IMG/VR virus record: IMGVR_UViG_3300021256_003716
DNA: 20,000 nucleotides
From: an uncultured virus (IMG/VR IMGVR_UViG_3300021256_003716)
Lineage: Duplodnaviria > Heunggongvirae > Uroviricota > Caudoviricetes
Reading direction: 5' to 3' (one strand)
Position 1 is the first letter of the stretch; the number at the start of each line of letters is the position of its first letter. The notes beneath the pieces were generated by a model. It searched no databases. It was not told where the DNA came from and saw only the letters and a program-made list of their open reading frames with translations. Below are positions 1 through 8,710 of the stretch, piece by piece. A program made the translations under genes and the position numbers.

Positions 1-1
1 A

Positions 2-67
2 AAGTCTCATGACAAAAGTGGTAAGACTATCGTAGATGCAAAACATCAAAAGTTTAGTAAGTTTTAA
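2..67 (+). CDS. 3' end of upstream hypothetical protein (partial)
   Basis: Open frame from window edge KSHDKSGKTIVDAKHQKFSKF ending TAA at 65-67, just before the promoter motif. Confidence 0.55.
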   Translation, partial: KSHDKSGKTIVDAKHQKFSKF

Positions 68-72
68 AAGTC

Positions 73-103
73 TATACTTAAGCTTTCCTATATACATATT
101 ATA
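73..103 (+). promoter_or_regulatory. Repeated sigma70-like promoter, copy 1
   Basis: TATACT(73-78)-N18-TATTAT(97-102) within ACATATTATA; SD AGGAGA follows. Confidence 0.75.
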
Positions 104-119
104 ATATATAGGAGAAATT

Positions 120-695
120 ATGTTAGACTATGGTCATGAAGCTGAAGCTATAGAAAATATCAACCGTGCAGTTAAGCTTACAGAAGAAATGTCTGAGATG
201 GCTATAAAATATAAAAAGTTGGCAGAGTTAGCTTATCTTGATGAAATAAATACTATTCAGCATAGCGTTTCATACTGGATGCTTGAAGCTACTTTAGAAA
301 AAAGTGAAAAGTGGCTTTCAATAATAAAAGAGAAGTATGATAAGCGTAGAAAGTATGAAGAGAAAGGTTCTTTTGAAGTTCTTACTTCACATATAATGTC
401 TGAAATAACTGGTACACCTATAGAAATAACAGATATTAGCACTCTGCATTATGCTGGTATGAGTCATGCTGTTAGGTTTAAGTGTGTGGATCAGGATTTT
501 GCATTATTTATTCCGCATCTTGCAGGTCTTAATAAAGAGACATATGGGTATTGCCATAAAGGTAAACTTGCATTATCTTATGTAAAAGACTCAGACCATG
601 GCTTAATAGCGAGAAGCTATAGGGAAGAGGATTTAAAAGAGCCATTTCAAAAATATATTAAGTCACATCAAGTACATAATGAATATTTTGAATAA
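120..695 (+). CDS. Hypothetical protein with C-terminal YF motif (NEYFE)
   Basis: 191 aa ORF, SD AGGAGA, followed by a terminator. Confidence 0.85.
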   Translation: MLDYGHEAEAIENINRAVKLTEEMSEMAIKYKKLAELAYLDEINTIQHSVSYWMLEATLEKSEKWLSIIKEKYDKRRKYEEKGSFEVLTSHIMSEITGTPIEITDISTLHYAGMSHAVRFKCVDQDFALFIPHLAGLNKETYGYCHKGKLALSYVKDSDHGLIARSYREEDLKEPFQKYIKSHQVHNEYFE

Positions 696-701
696 ATATT
701 T

Positions 702-732
702 AGCAGAGGTTTATACTCTGCTTTTTCTTTTT
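702..732 (+). terminator. Intrinsic terminator
   Basis: Stem AGCAGAG(702-708)/CTCTGCT(716-722) followed by a T-rich tract. Confidence 0.75.
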
Positions 733-742
733 ACATATTATA
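712..742 (+). promoter_or_regulatory. Repeated promoter, copy 2 (overlaps the terminator)
   Basis: TATACT(712-717)-N18-TATTAT(736-741) within ACATATTATA. Confidence 0.7.
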
Positions 743-758
743 AAATAAGGGGATTATT

Positions 759-992
759 ATGCTTACGCTACTTAAAATAAGTTTAATGTTAATAGTTATT
801 GGCTTTATGATTGTGGCCATCTGTTTATTAGCTAACCATATAACAAAATTTTTAGAAGTATCTTCTATACCTATGATAGATTCTATTTTATTTATTGGGT
901 CTATGCTTTTTTGTATTGGTTTATTACTTGTGACAATATTTTTTGCATTATATATTGTTAAATATCTTATTGCGCTTATACTTGCATTATAA
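759..992 (+). CDS. Small membrane protein, 2 predicted TM helices
   Basis: 77 aa, two long hydrophobic stretches, SD AAGGGG. Confidence 0.75.
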   Translation: MLTLLKISLMLIVIGFMIVAICLLANHITKFLEVSSIPMIDSILFIGSMLFCIGLLLVTIFFALYIVKYLIALILAL

Positions 993-1011
993 TTTTAGGT
1001 AGATTAACGGA

Positions 1012-1422
1012 ATGAATACTTTAGCTGGAATAATAGAAGATATAAATAAAAGCGAATTAGTTTCTGATAATGTTATTAAAGAAATTATAAAGCTTATTGG
1101 TCAAGACAAGTGGAATGAACTCCAAAATACTGTTAGCGATATTTGCACAACGCCTGGAGAACTTTTAATTACTCTAAAAGAAGCTCAGCAAATTGAAGAA
1201 AATGCTTTAGAAGGATGGTATATCGCTTATCGAGATGAGAATAATAAATTACATTATTATAGCGGTTGTAAGATGGGCTCCGGGTTTGTAAATGGTGTTT
1301 ATTCTGCTAAAATCTATAAATCTAAAGATAACGCAATAAAAACAATTGTAGATAAGAATAAAAGTGGTAAACCTGAATGGTTAGAGGCTTTTCCTCTTTA
1401 TGTTCAGATTTTATTTCCATAG
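1012..1422 (+). CDS. Hypothetical protein
   Basis: 136 aa; N-terminal half resembles 3355-3567 (IGQDKWNELQN vs IGEDRFHALEN). Confidence 0.8.
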   Translation: MNTLAGIIEDINKSELVSDNVIKEIIKLIGQDKWNELQNTVSDICTTPGELLITLKEAQQIEENALEGWYIAYRDENNKLHYYSGCKMGSGFVNGVYSAKIYKSKDNAIKTIVDKNKSGKPEWLEAFPLYVQILFP

Positions 1423-1431
1423 GAGAAATAT

Positions 1432-1800
1432 ATGTCGGATGTAATAACAGTAGAAAATATAGAAGATATTGTACGGGTTTTTAGAAAAAGTACTGGAAAA
1501 AGTATTGATGAAGTTTTACCAGAGATTAAAAATCTAGCCAAACCAAAAGAAACTTATATTAATAATTTAATGAAAGGATATATTGATCTTTTTATTGATT
1601 TAGCAGAAAAACAAGCACCAAATAGTGAAAATTTCAAAAAGTCAGCAAGAATGATTTTATATTCTTTTGTTAAAGAATACTCAGATAAGCTTTCAGAAGA
1701 AATATATTTTGGCGCCTATGATGACCACTGTTTGATAAGTGTGGACGCTGTAGAAAAAATTATTAAGAAAATAGGTATAAATCCTGAGGTAATCTCATGA
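1432..1800 (+). CDS. Hypothetical protein (internal SEEIYFG)
   Basis: 122 aa, SD AGGAGA, ATGA overlap with next gene. Confidence 0.8.
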   Translation: MSDVITVENIEDIVRVFRKSTGKSIDEVLPEIKNLAKPKETYINNLMKGYIDLFIDLAEKQAPNSENFKKSARMILYSFVKEYSDKLSEEIYFGAYDDHCLISVDAVEKIIKKIGINPEVIS

Positions 1801-2321
1801 CAGAGTTTAAGATAATGGTTTGTGGTTCTAGAACTATTACTGATAGAGAACTAGTATTTAAGTGGATTGAAAAAGATATTTCTATTCATCCAGATGATAA
1901 AATAATTATTATCGAGGGTGAAGCAAAAGGAGTAGACTCTATTGCTAAAGATTATGCTTTGATTAACCACTTGGATATTATGTCTTTCCCCGCTGATTGG
2001 AATAAATATGGAAAAGCGGCGGGTATAATCAGAAATGAAGAAATGGTTAAAGCTTGCGACCACTGTCTAATAATTTGGGATGGACAGAGTAAAGGTACAA
2101 AAAATGATATTGATCTTTGTAGGAAATATCATAAAACTTATAGAATAATTGTACCAGGAAAAGTAAATTGTAATTATTGTGATGAAAAAATAACTTTTGT
2201 AGATAAAACAAATGAAGACAATTTCTGTAATGAATGTCATATGAATACTTATACTTCTTGTAAATGTGAAAATTACAGTTGTTTTAGCTATGCTCTTGAA
2301 GAGAATATTGTAAAGCTTTAG
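1797..2321 (+). CDS. SLOG superfamily (DUF2493/YspA-like) nucleotide-binding protein with Cys-rich C-terminal extension
   Basis: Motifs VCGSR, EGEAKGVD, FPADWNKYGKAAGIIRNEEM and WDGQSKGT are typical of DUF2493; tail has CNYC/CNEC/CKC. Confidence 0.85.
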   Translation: MTEFKIMVCGSRTITDRELVFKWIEKDISIHPDDKIIIIEGEAKGVDSIAKDYALINHLDIMSFPADWNKYGKAAGIIRNEEMVKACDHCLIIWDGQSKGTKNDIDLCRKYHKTYRIIVPGKVNCNYCDEKITFVDKTNEDNFCNECHMNTYTSCKCENYSCFSYALEENIVKL

Positions 2322-2329
2322 GAGGTATT

Positions 2330-2587
2330 ATGCCACCAAAATATGATATATCTAAAAGTGTAACTTATAAGCATGCGCCAACTTGGAAAAAGTTTATAAA
2401 TACTTTTGATAAAACCTTTAAGGATGTATTTAAGGATAGCTTTGAACTCGCAGAAATTATAAAAAAAGCTTTTGAAGATGGGTATTCTTCTACCTTAAAA
2501 GATTATGAAGGTGATTTTATTTGTAGCTATCAAAGAAATAATGCAGAGCCAACAGAAATAGAAGCGAGGGCTTATTTTAATGAATAA
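2330..2587 (+). CDS. Hypothetical protein with C-terminal YF motif (EARAYFNE)
   Basis: 85 aa, SD AGGAGG. Confidence 0.85.
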   Translation: MPPKYDISKSVTYKHAPTWKKFINTFDKTFKDVFKDSFELAEIIKKAFEDGYSSTLKDYEGDFICSYQRNNAEPTEIEARAYFNE

Positions 2588-2870
2588 TGCTATTGTTTAT
2601 AATGATAATCTTAAAGGCTCCATAAGTCCTTCAGTCAAAAAGCTAATAGAAGACTGGCGTGTTCTTCTAGAAAATGCGAAGGAAGTACCAAATGAGTTTA
2701 CATTTTATCCTGGGGAAATAATTAAAAATCCTAAAAAAATAATTAAAAAAGGTGAGCTCTCCGAGGAAGATGTAAGCCTGTACTTTGATGATTATCCAGC
2801 TATTAGTTATGAGCATATTGGTCTAGGTTTTCGTCTAGAAAGCTTATCGGAGATATATGTATGCCATTAA
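2580..2870 (+). CDS. Hypothetical protein (internal DVSLYFDD)
   Basis: 96 aa, overlaps both neighbours. Confidence 0.75.
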   Translation: MNNAIVYNDNLKGSISPSVKKLIEDWRVLLENAKEVPNEFTFYPGEIIKNPKKIIKKGELSEEDVSLYFDDYPAISYEHIGLGFRLESLSEIYVCH

Positions 2871-3163
2871 GTTCAGATATTATTGAAAAATTACCAGATA
2901 ATATAAAGGCGCTTGTAAATGATGGCTTTATTGATCTTGAAGTAATACAAGTTCAAGATTCTTTTAATGTAACTATTAAATTTCCAAAAGGTGAACCTGA
3001 TTTAGAAGTAGACTTTGAGGCGGATTTGGCGGGTATGTACTTTAATGAAGTGTCAGAGTATTCTAAAAAAGCGTATATAGAAGAGGAAGTTTATAATGCT
3101 ATAGCAGCAGTATATTTTGAAAATTTTAAGAAAGGAGAAAATTTTGTCAAACTCTACGATTAA
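2861..3163 (+). CDS. Acidic hypothetical protein with two internal YF motifs (LAGMYFNE, IAAVYFEN)
   Basis: 100 aa, SD GGAG. Confidence 0.8.
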   Translation: MPLSSDIIEKLPDNIKALVNDGFIDLEVIQVQDSFNVTIKFPKGEPDLEVDFEADLAGMYFNEVSEYSKKAYIEEEVYNAIAAVYFENFKKGENFVKLYD

Positions 3164-3395
3164 AGCAAATATTAAAGGTGATATTACTGAAGGTAAGCAG
3201 ACATTGGTTATAAAGTGTTCTAACCCAGAATATTTTTATGATATTATAAAAGCTGTAAATAAGGTTTTACCTGTAAGTAAGGTAAAAGCTGACAGTTTAT
3301 TTTGTAACCAGTATCTTAAAGAGAAATTGGCCACTAAAGGAATAAAGCTAAAATATGAGCGTCGTCCTAAAATTGTCGAAGAAAAGCACGTTTAA
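3144..3395 (+). CDS. Basic hypothetical protein
   Basis: TTG at 3144 after SD AAGGAG preferred over the track start at 3117. Confidence 0.7.
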   Translation: MSNSTIKANIKGDITEGKQTLVIKCSNPEYFYDIIKAVNKVLPVSKVKADSLFCNQYLKEKLATKGIKLKYERRPKIVEEKHV

Positions 3396-3567
3396 TGAAT
3401 CTGATGTTTTATCAGAAGAGGATATTAAGCAACATATTGGCGAAGATAGATTTCATGCATTAGAAAATGCAATTGCGGCAGATGGCGCAAGTAAGTCTGA
3501 AATTATGTATTTAATCTCCTGCGCAATTAAAAACGACGATGAAGAGGCATCATTATACTTTGATTGA
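3355..3567 (+). CDS. Hypothetical protein with C-terminal YF motif (EASLYFD)
   Basis: 70 aa; resembles the N-terminal domain of 1012-1422. Confidence 0.75.
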   Translation: MSVVLKLSKKSTFNESDVLSEEDIKQHIGEDRFHALENAIAADGASKSEIMYLISCAIKNDDEEASLYFD

Positions 3568-3790
3568 AATAAATGAACATTTATATACAAAACAATGGCA
3601 AACAGATGTTGATGAGCTAGATGAAATTTTTTTGCCAAAGTCAGATGTTGATAAAAAAATTGAGTATAATGATAAGCATTCTCCATTAGGATTAGAAAAC
3701 TTTTGGCTTTTTTGTCGAAGTACAAAAGATTGGGTAGAATATAGAAGTAATTTTAAGTTTTGTCCATTTTGTGGTAAAAAGTTAGATTAG
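3539..3790 (+). CDS. Small protein with C-terminal Zn-ribbon-like knuckle (FKFCPFCGKKL)
   Basis: CPFCG motif common in phage small proteins; alternative start TTG 3560 after GAGG. Confidence 0.7.
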   Translation: MKRHHYTLIEINEHLYTKQWQTDVDELDEIFLPKSDVDKKIEYNDKHSPLGLENFWLFCRSTKDWVEYRSNFKFCPFCGKKLD

Positions 3791-3801
3791 AGGAAAATTA
3801 C

Positions 3802-4662
3802 ATGATTAATAGTATTAAATTAATTCAAGAGCCAGAGCGAGAATTTAATTATATTCGTGAGCTTACTCGAAAAACACAAATTAGAAAACTCTATGAAATG
3901 CTTGAAAAAGGTATTGAATTTAAGTCTGGATTGAATTATATTATTGGTGAAAATGGTAGCGGTAAAACTACAATATTGAATATTATCCGCTCAGCTACAG
4001 GTTGTGAGCATTCTTTTATTCCACAGCCAGATTATTTACCTATAACTACTATTACTAGAATGAATGACCTTTTTGAAAGTTTTGAAGTAAAGGGTGATTA
4101 CTCTTATGCAATTTTTAATCTTTATAGACTTTTTGAAGATAAAGAAAAAGTTGGTAGCTCATCAGCTATGGACAGAACAGAAGACCTTAAGCTTTATCTT
4201 GCTGGAAAAGAAGAATCTAAAGGCCAAAATGTAATGGGTGACATAAATCAGCTGTTTAACTGGATGTTTGCACGACAAGATGAATGTTATCCTATTTTAA
4301 AATATATTAAAGATTGGCATGATCAGGGCCATTTTATTGAAATATCCTCTATAAATGATGAAAATGGCACAACCACTAAGCTGCTTAAAAATATTAATAA
4401 AAATCAGGTAAATACTGAAAAAGTTTATACTATTCTTATGGACGAGCCAGATCAAGGCTTAGATATAGAAAACTTAAAAGAGATTTATGGTGTTGTCAGC
4501 TATGATAAGCCAAGCACTCAACTTATTGCAGTTTTACATAATCCTATTTTGATTTATAAACTTTCAAAATTAGAAAATGTAAATTGGATTGAAACCACTC
4601 CCGGCTATCTTAACTCTGTTAAAAAAGATGTTGAAGAGTTTTATGATTGGATAAAGAAATAA
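3802..4662 (+). CDS. Stand-alone ABC-type (AAA_21/SMC-like) ATPase
   Basis: Walker A GENGSGKT, signature-like ESKGQ, Walker B/D-loop ILMDEPDQGLD, H-switch AVLHNP. Confidence 0.88.
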   Translation: MINSIKLIQEPEREFNYIRELTRKTQIRKLYEMLEKGIEFKSGLNYIIGENGSGKTTILNIIRSATGCEHSFIPQPDYLPITTITRMNDLFESFEVKGDYSYAIFNLYRLFEDKEKVGSSSAMDRTEDLKLYLAGKEESKGQNVMGDINQLFNWMFARQDECYPILKYIKDWHDQGHFIEISSINDENGTTTKLLKNINKNQVNTEKVYTILMDEPDQGLDIENLKEIYGVVSYDKPSTQLIAVLHNPILIYKLSKLENVNWIETTPGYLNSVKKDVEEFYDWIKK

Positions 4663-4689
4663 GTTAAATAGGATTAGTAGGAAACTATA

Positions 4690-4983
4690 ATGGAACCTTA
4701 TGTAAAAGATGGCGCAGCGGTTTTATCTAGTATGTATCCCTATAGGTATTCTAAGGACGCTGCTAGAATACTTAAAGAATCTTATGAAAAAGCCAATGAA
4801 GCAATTAAGGATATAGAGAAAAATAATGAGTTTGTTAGGCTTTATAAAGAATTAAGTAAATTTTCTAAGTTGGCAGATATTAAAGATTATACACAAAGTA
4901 ATGTTGAAGATGTATTAAATATTTACAGGTCTCTTGAACAAGAGGAAGAGAATAAACGAATTGCTGAAATATATTTTGATTAG
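4690..4983 (+). CDS. Helical hypothetical protein with C-terminal YF motif (IAEIYFD)
   Basis: 97 aa, SD AGGA. Confidence 0.85.
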   Translation: MEPYVKDGAAVLSSMYPYRYSKDAARILKESYEKANEAIKDIEKNNEFVRLYKELSKFSKLADIKDYTQSNVEDVLNIYRSLEQEEENKRIAEIYFD

Positions 4984-5011
4984 GCTTTTTTAATATTATC
5001 TATATATTATA
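4981..5011 (+). promoter_or_regulatory. Repeated promoter, copy 3
   Basis: TAGGCT(4981-4986; TAG is the upstream stop codon)-N18-TATTAT(5005-5010); ATG 6 nt later, no SD. Confidence 0.7.
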
Positions 5012-5016
5012 AATAT

Positions 5017-5310
5017 ATGGAAGAAAAGGTTAAAGATTGTACATCCTCTGAAATTAAAACTTATGATGAGTTTTTGCTTTATCTTGATCGTGACCTCTCA
5101 ACAAATAAAGGGTCTTTTATTAAAGATTCTAAAAGTCTATGTGCTAGAGCAATTAAGTTTCTTAATAAAGCAGTTGAAGATAAGTATATAAGACAAACTA
5201 CGATGGAGGCATATCTTTGGCTTATTTCTAGAAAAAATTCTATCCCAGTTAGGGATATATTAGATAAGTTTGTATGTATTGAAGAAGAATCAATTTCATA
5301 TTTTAACTAA
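5017..5310 (+). CDS. Hypothetical protein with C-terminal YF motif (ESISYFN)
   Basis: 97 aa, probable leaderless start. Confidence 0.8.
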   Translation: MEEKVKDCTSSEIKTYDEFLLYLDRDLSTNKGSFIKDSKSLCARAIKFLNKAVEDKYIRQTTMEAYLWLISRKNSIPVRDILDKFVCIEEESISYFN

Positions 5311-5321
5311 AGGAATATGCT

Positions 5322-5771
5322 ATGAAACAAGATATAGTTTTGGATAAAGAAGAAAAAATTCCAGATTTTGAAGAATTGAAAAAGCTTGTAGCAGAAAAAA
5401 AGGATGCATGTACTAAACTTCAAGATTTTACAAATTATGAAAGAAAGGTTGCAGAAAACAACCTTAAAGTAATTTGCTCATTTATGAAATCTTTGCATAA
5501 TGCACTTGGCGACCTTGATGCATTTGAAGTTATGGAAGATTATTCTGTAACGCTTTATGACCATTTTTTTAAGATTAATAATCTACATCCAAATTATGAT
5601 GACCCTCATATGGGCTATGATGACATAAAATATATTAAAGACCTTAGTTCAAAATGGTCAAAGTTTAAAAAGGCTCTTATGAAAGACCTTAAAAAATACT
5701 TAAAAGAAAAAGTTGATGGATATACAAAAGAGCTTAATGAAAAAGACCCAATTGTAGAATTAGAGGTATAA
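5322..5771 (+). CDS. Hypothetical coiled-coil protein
   Basis: 149 aa, SD AAGGA. Confidence 0.8.
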   Translation: MKQDIVLDKEEKIPDFEELKKLVAEKKDACTKLQDFTNYERKVAENNLKVICSFMKSLHNALGDLDAFEVMEDYSVTLYDHFFKINNLHPNYDDPHMGYDDIKYIKDLSSKWSKFKKALMKDLKKYLKEKVDGYTKELNEKDPIVELEV

Positions 5772-5773
5772 AT

Positions 5774-6142
5774 ATGAGATGTGAACATTGCAGCCACTGT
5801 CTTGGTGGCCAGCTCCCCGAAAGTTATGATGAAGAGTGGTACTGTGAATATGGCTTTGCAGACCCATGGGACGGCGGTGGATGTTTATATATTTTAAGTC
5901 ATATTAGGCGATTCTTTTATCGTATTTATGGCTTTTTATTTAAGCCAAATTATTATTATATATTTTCTGCAACAGAATATAATCCCGATACTTTTGAAAC
6001 GCCTGTTTTACAGAAAAATAAACTTTTTGCGTATCAGTATGGTAAAACTGCTAAGCGATTTAGAACAAGAAAATGGGCCAATCGGTTTGCTGATAAAGTT
6101 ATAGGTAGCCATTCTCATGTTTCACAAAGAGGAATAATTTAA
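5774..6142 (+). CDS. Hypothetical protein with Cys-rich N-terminus (CEHCSHC...C...C)
   Basis: 122 aa, SD GAGG; C-terminal half resembles 9157-9450. Confidence 0.75.
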   Translation: MRCEHCSHCLGGQLPESYDEEWYCEYGFADPWDGGGCLYILSHIRRFFYRIYGFLFKPNYYYIFSATEYNPDTFETPVLQKNKLFAYQYGKTAKRFRTRKWANRFADKVIGSHSHVSQRGII

Positions 6143-6143
6143 A

Positions 6144-6770
6144 ATGTTAAGCAAAGAAGAAATAAATAAGTTTATATCTGAAAATTTTTCTGAAGAAAGT
6201 ATGCCAGAGCTTAATGTGAAGGTATCTATAAAGGGTGAAGAAGTTTCTGTAAAAAACTTATTGAAAGCCGCATATGAAAAAGGCTTAAGTCGCTCATATG
6301 ATGAGGAATTAAAAAAGAGATTTAGTTTTTCTAGAGACGTAGAGTTTAAATCAAATGGACTTTTCCCGGGGTATTATGTAGTAGCGCACCTCTACTCAGA
6401 AATGCCAGAGCTTTGTTATTTTAATGGTCAATGTCTTAGAACTGTTGGTGAAAATATTTATATATCAGAAGATGATATTATAGGTGCAGTAGAGATAAAT
6501 ATACCATCGGATATACTTGAAGAAGTTAAAAAATGGCGGGAAATGAATACAGCTAAAGTTGTCTGTCATGACATAGCTGACTCAATTGTATATCATAAAA
6601 ATGATAGAGAAGAACAAGAATATAATCTTTATTTGAGACTTAAACAAAAATTTGAAGAGCCAGATGAGTTTTCTTGTTTTCCAAAAATTACACTTCCAAA
6701 GGGAAGTGAAGAAAAAATTGATAAAATTGTAGATAATATTTATAAGAAAATAAAGGAGGAGACATATTAG
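6144..6770 (+). CDS. Hypothetical protein
   Basis: 208 aa, SD GAGGA. Confidence 0.8.
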   Translation: MLSKEEINKFISENFSEESMPELNVKVSIKGEEVSVKNLLKAAYEKGLSRSYDEELKKRFSFSRDVEFKSNGLFPGYYVVAHLYSEMPELCYFNGQCLRTVGENIYISEDDIIGAVEINIPSDILEEVKKWREMNTAKVVCHDIADSIVYHKNDREEQEYNLYLRLKQKFEEPDEFSCFPKITLPKGSEEKIDKIVDNIYKKIKEETY

Positions 6771-6771
6771 T

Positions 6772-7109
6772 ATGAAAAAGATTTTGTGGTTAGACGATTT
6801 TAGAGACCCAAAATATTTTTGTACTCTCGCTCCCTGAATAATCAATATAAAATTATTTGGGTAAAAAGCTATAAAGAATTTTGTGATAATATAATTGAAT
6901 GTGGCTTGCCCGATATTATATGTTTTGACCATGATTTAGGTGAAGAAAAAACGGGTTATGATTGTGCAAAGTTTGTTGTTAGCTATTGCCAAGAGCATAA
7001 TTTAGATATTCCAAAATTTGATATTCAAAGTTCAAATATTGTTGGAAAAGAAAATATAAGAAGTGTGCTGTTTAGTTGGCATAAGTTTTTTATGGAGAAT
7101 ATAGTATGA
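6772..7109 (+). pseudogene. Receiver-like (cyclic-phosphate processing REC type) protein interrupted by a -1 frame change; pseudogene or programmed frameshift
   Basis: SD AGGAGG + ATG 6772 gives MKKILWLDDFRDPK and stops at TGA 6835; the remainder (WVKSY, ICFDHDLG, TGYDCAKF, QSSNIVG) is in the -1 frame. Confidence 0.75.
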
Positions 7110-7435
7110 ATGTAGGCGCATTGATTGGTCTTGAATCTTATAGAGAGAGCCAGTTTGAATCTATAGCTGCTAAAATTTTCAGATGTGATGAAGAGGACGC
7201 AATTACATACGAATCAGAAGGTACTGTAATTCTTGACTTAGGATATACACCCTTCTTAAAAGGTGATATTAAACCTGTTATCGGTACAAATCTGGAAAAG
7301 CCATTTTTTGATTATATAAAAGATAAATATCATTGTATGGTGTCTATTTGTGGTAAGTCTAGCAGGTATTCAGACTATGTTAAACTTAAAATTCAAAAGT
7401 TTGATCCAAATAAAATAAATCTTGTTAAGGGGTAG
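7106..7435 (+). CDS. Hypothetical protein
   Basis: 109 aa, SD GGAG, ATGA overlap. Confidence 0.8.
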   Translation: MNVGALIGLESYRESQFESIAAKIFRCDEEDAITYESEGTVILDLGYTPFLKGDIKPVIGTNLEKPFFDYIKDKYHCMVSICGKSSRYSDYVKLKIQKFDPNKINLVKG

Positions 7436-7439
7436 CTTT

Positions 7440-7703
7440 ATGAAGATAAGAATAAAACGTAAATTATGCGCAAGAAAACGTGCACGGTATACAGTAATAA
7501 CTTTACTCGCATATTTTTTTGAAAATGTACCATATAAAACTGATATAAATAGACCAAATCATAGAATATATACACCACGAGATATGTCGGACATTGCTGA
7601 TTTTGAAAAAATAGAATCAAAACATGTTTTAGACGAATGTAAAAGATTATATGGTCATAAAATGAGAGACTTTTTGAAAGCTATTATTAAAGCGAGTACA
7701 TAA
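7440..7703 (+). CDS. Basic hypothetical protein
   Basis: ATG 7440 after AAGGGG preferred over the track start at 7422. Confidence 0.7.
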   Translation: MKIRIKRKLCARKRARYTVITLLAYFFENVPYKTDINRPNHRIYTPRDMSDIADFEKIESKHVLDECKRLYGHKMRDFLKAIIKAST

Positions 7704-7713
7704 GAGGTAGCAA

Positions 7714-8124
7714 ATGTCAACCCCAATGCAAGAATTGCCACAAAGAATAAAATGTGCTATGAAGTATATGGAAAATCCTATGGATTTAGCATATCAGCAA
7801 TGGTTACTTGCTTACAAGTTTTCTGTATTAGAAGAAACTTTAGGAAATAATAATTTTGATATTAGAGTTCTTTTTGATAAAGATGCTGGACAATATACTT
7901 TTGATATGTATTATAAGTATTTTCCATATCCGATGACAAATTTTATTAAAACATTTAACTGTACTGAAAAAGGCGTTAGAGAAGCGATTAAATATTGTAA
8001 AAAATTGGATGAAGATAATAATATAAGGCCTAAAACACAGAATGTTGATAATATATTAGATATACTTACAAAAGTATGCGATGAGCTAGCAGAGCAGAAT
8101 AGGGCTATAAATTATTTCAATTAA
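7714..8124 (+). CDS. Hypothetical protein with C-terminal YF motif (RAINYFN); shares a domain with 8135-8707
   Basis: 136 aa, SD GAGG; FNCTEKGVREAIKYCKKLD. Confidence 0.85.
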   Translation: MSTPMQELPQRIKCAMKYMENPMDLAYQQWLLAYKFSVLEETLGNNNFDIRVLFDKDAGQYTFDMYYKYFPYPMTNFIKTFNCTEKGVREAIKYCKKLDEDNNIRPKTQNVDNILDILTKVCDELAEQNRAINYFN

Positions 8125-8134
8125 GGAGAAAATA

Positions 8135-8707
8135 ATGTCTGAAGAAAATGTAAAATATGCCGAGGAAAACTTTAATACTGAATTGGTACCATGGACAAGA
8201 GACTATGATTGGAAAAAGATTAAGTCTTTATATGGAAATCCTAAATATAAAATCAGAATTTATAAAAGTTCATCTTTTAAGCAGCATGTAATTGATTTTA
8301 TTTTTGATTATAGTGATGCTGATCTTGAACGCTTAAAAGATAAACTGACAATTAATGGTAAGTACTTTGAATGTACCGAAGAAGGTGTTAAGGACGCAGT
8401 TACTTATTGCGCTGGTTTAGACAGAAATGCTGTAAAAAATAAAAAGAAAAAAGTTTATGTTTTGGGCAGAAAGCATAAACAGTTTTATATTACTTTTAAT
8501 GGTAATAAATTTGAAATAAAGCCTTATGATGAAAATCTTGAATCTATGGAAATGCTTAAAATAATGATTGGTGAACATTATTTGTATAGTGGTACTTATG
8601 CAGAATGTGCTGCTTTTAAGAGGGGATATGAGCATGGTTATAGTATTATGAAAATGTATCTAAAAAGCGTTTTTGAAAAGAACATAAGTATGGACTTTAC
8701 GGAGTAA
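8135..8707 (+). CDS. Hypothetical protein; shares a domain with 7714-8124
   Basis: 190 aa, SD AAGGAG; FECTEEGVKDAVTYCAGLD. Confidence 0.85.
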   Translation: MSEENVKYAEENFNTELVPWTRDYDWKKIKSLYGNPKYKIRIYKSSSFKQHVIDFIFDYSDADLERLKDKLTINGKYFECTEEGVKDAVTYCAGLDRNAVKNKKKKVYVLGRKHKQFYITFNGNKFEIKPYDENLESMEMLKIMIGEHYLYSGTYAECAAFKRGYEHGYSIMKMYLKSVFEKNISMDFTE

Positions 8708-8710
8708 TAA

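Noticed and set aside
257..8635. Minus-strand ORFs 257-442, 1851-2063, 3453-3725, 5615-5797, 6582-6932, 7438-7620, 8417-8635
   Set aside because: Antisense shadows of well-supported plus-strand genes.
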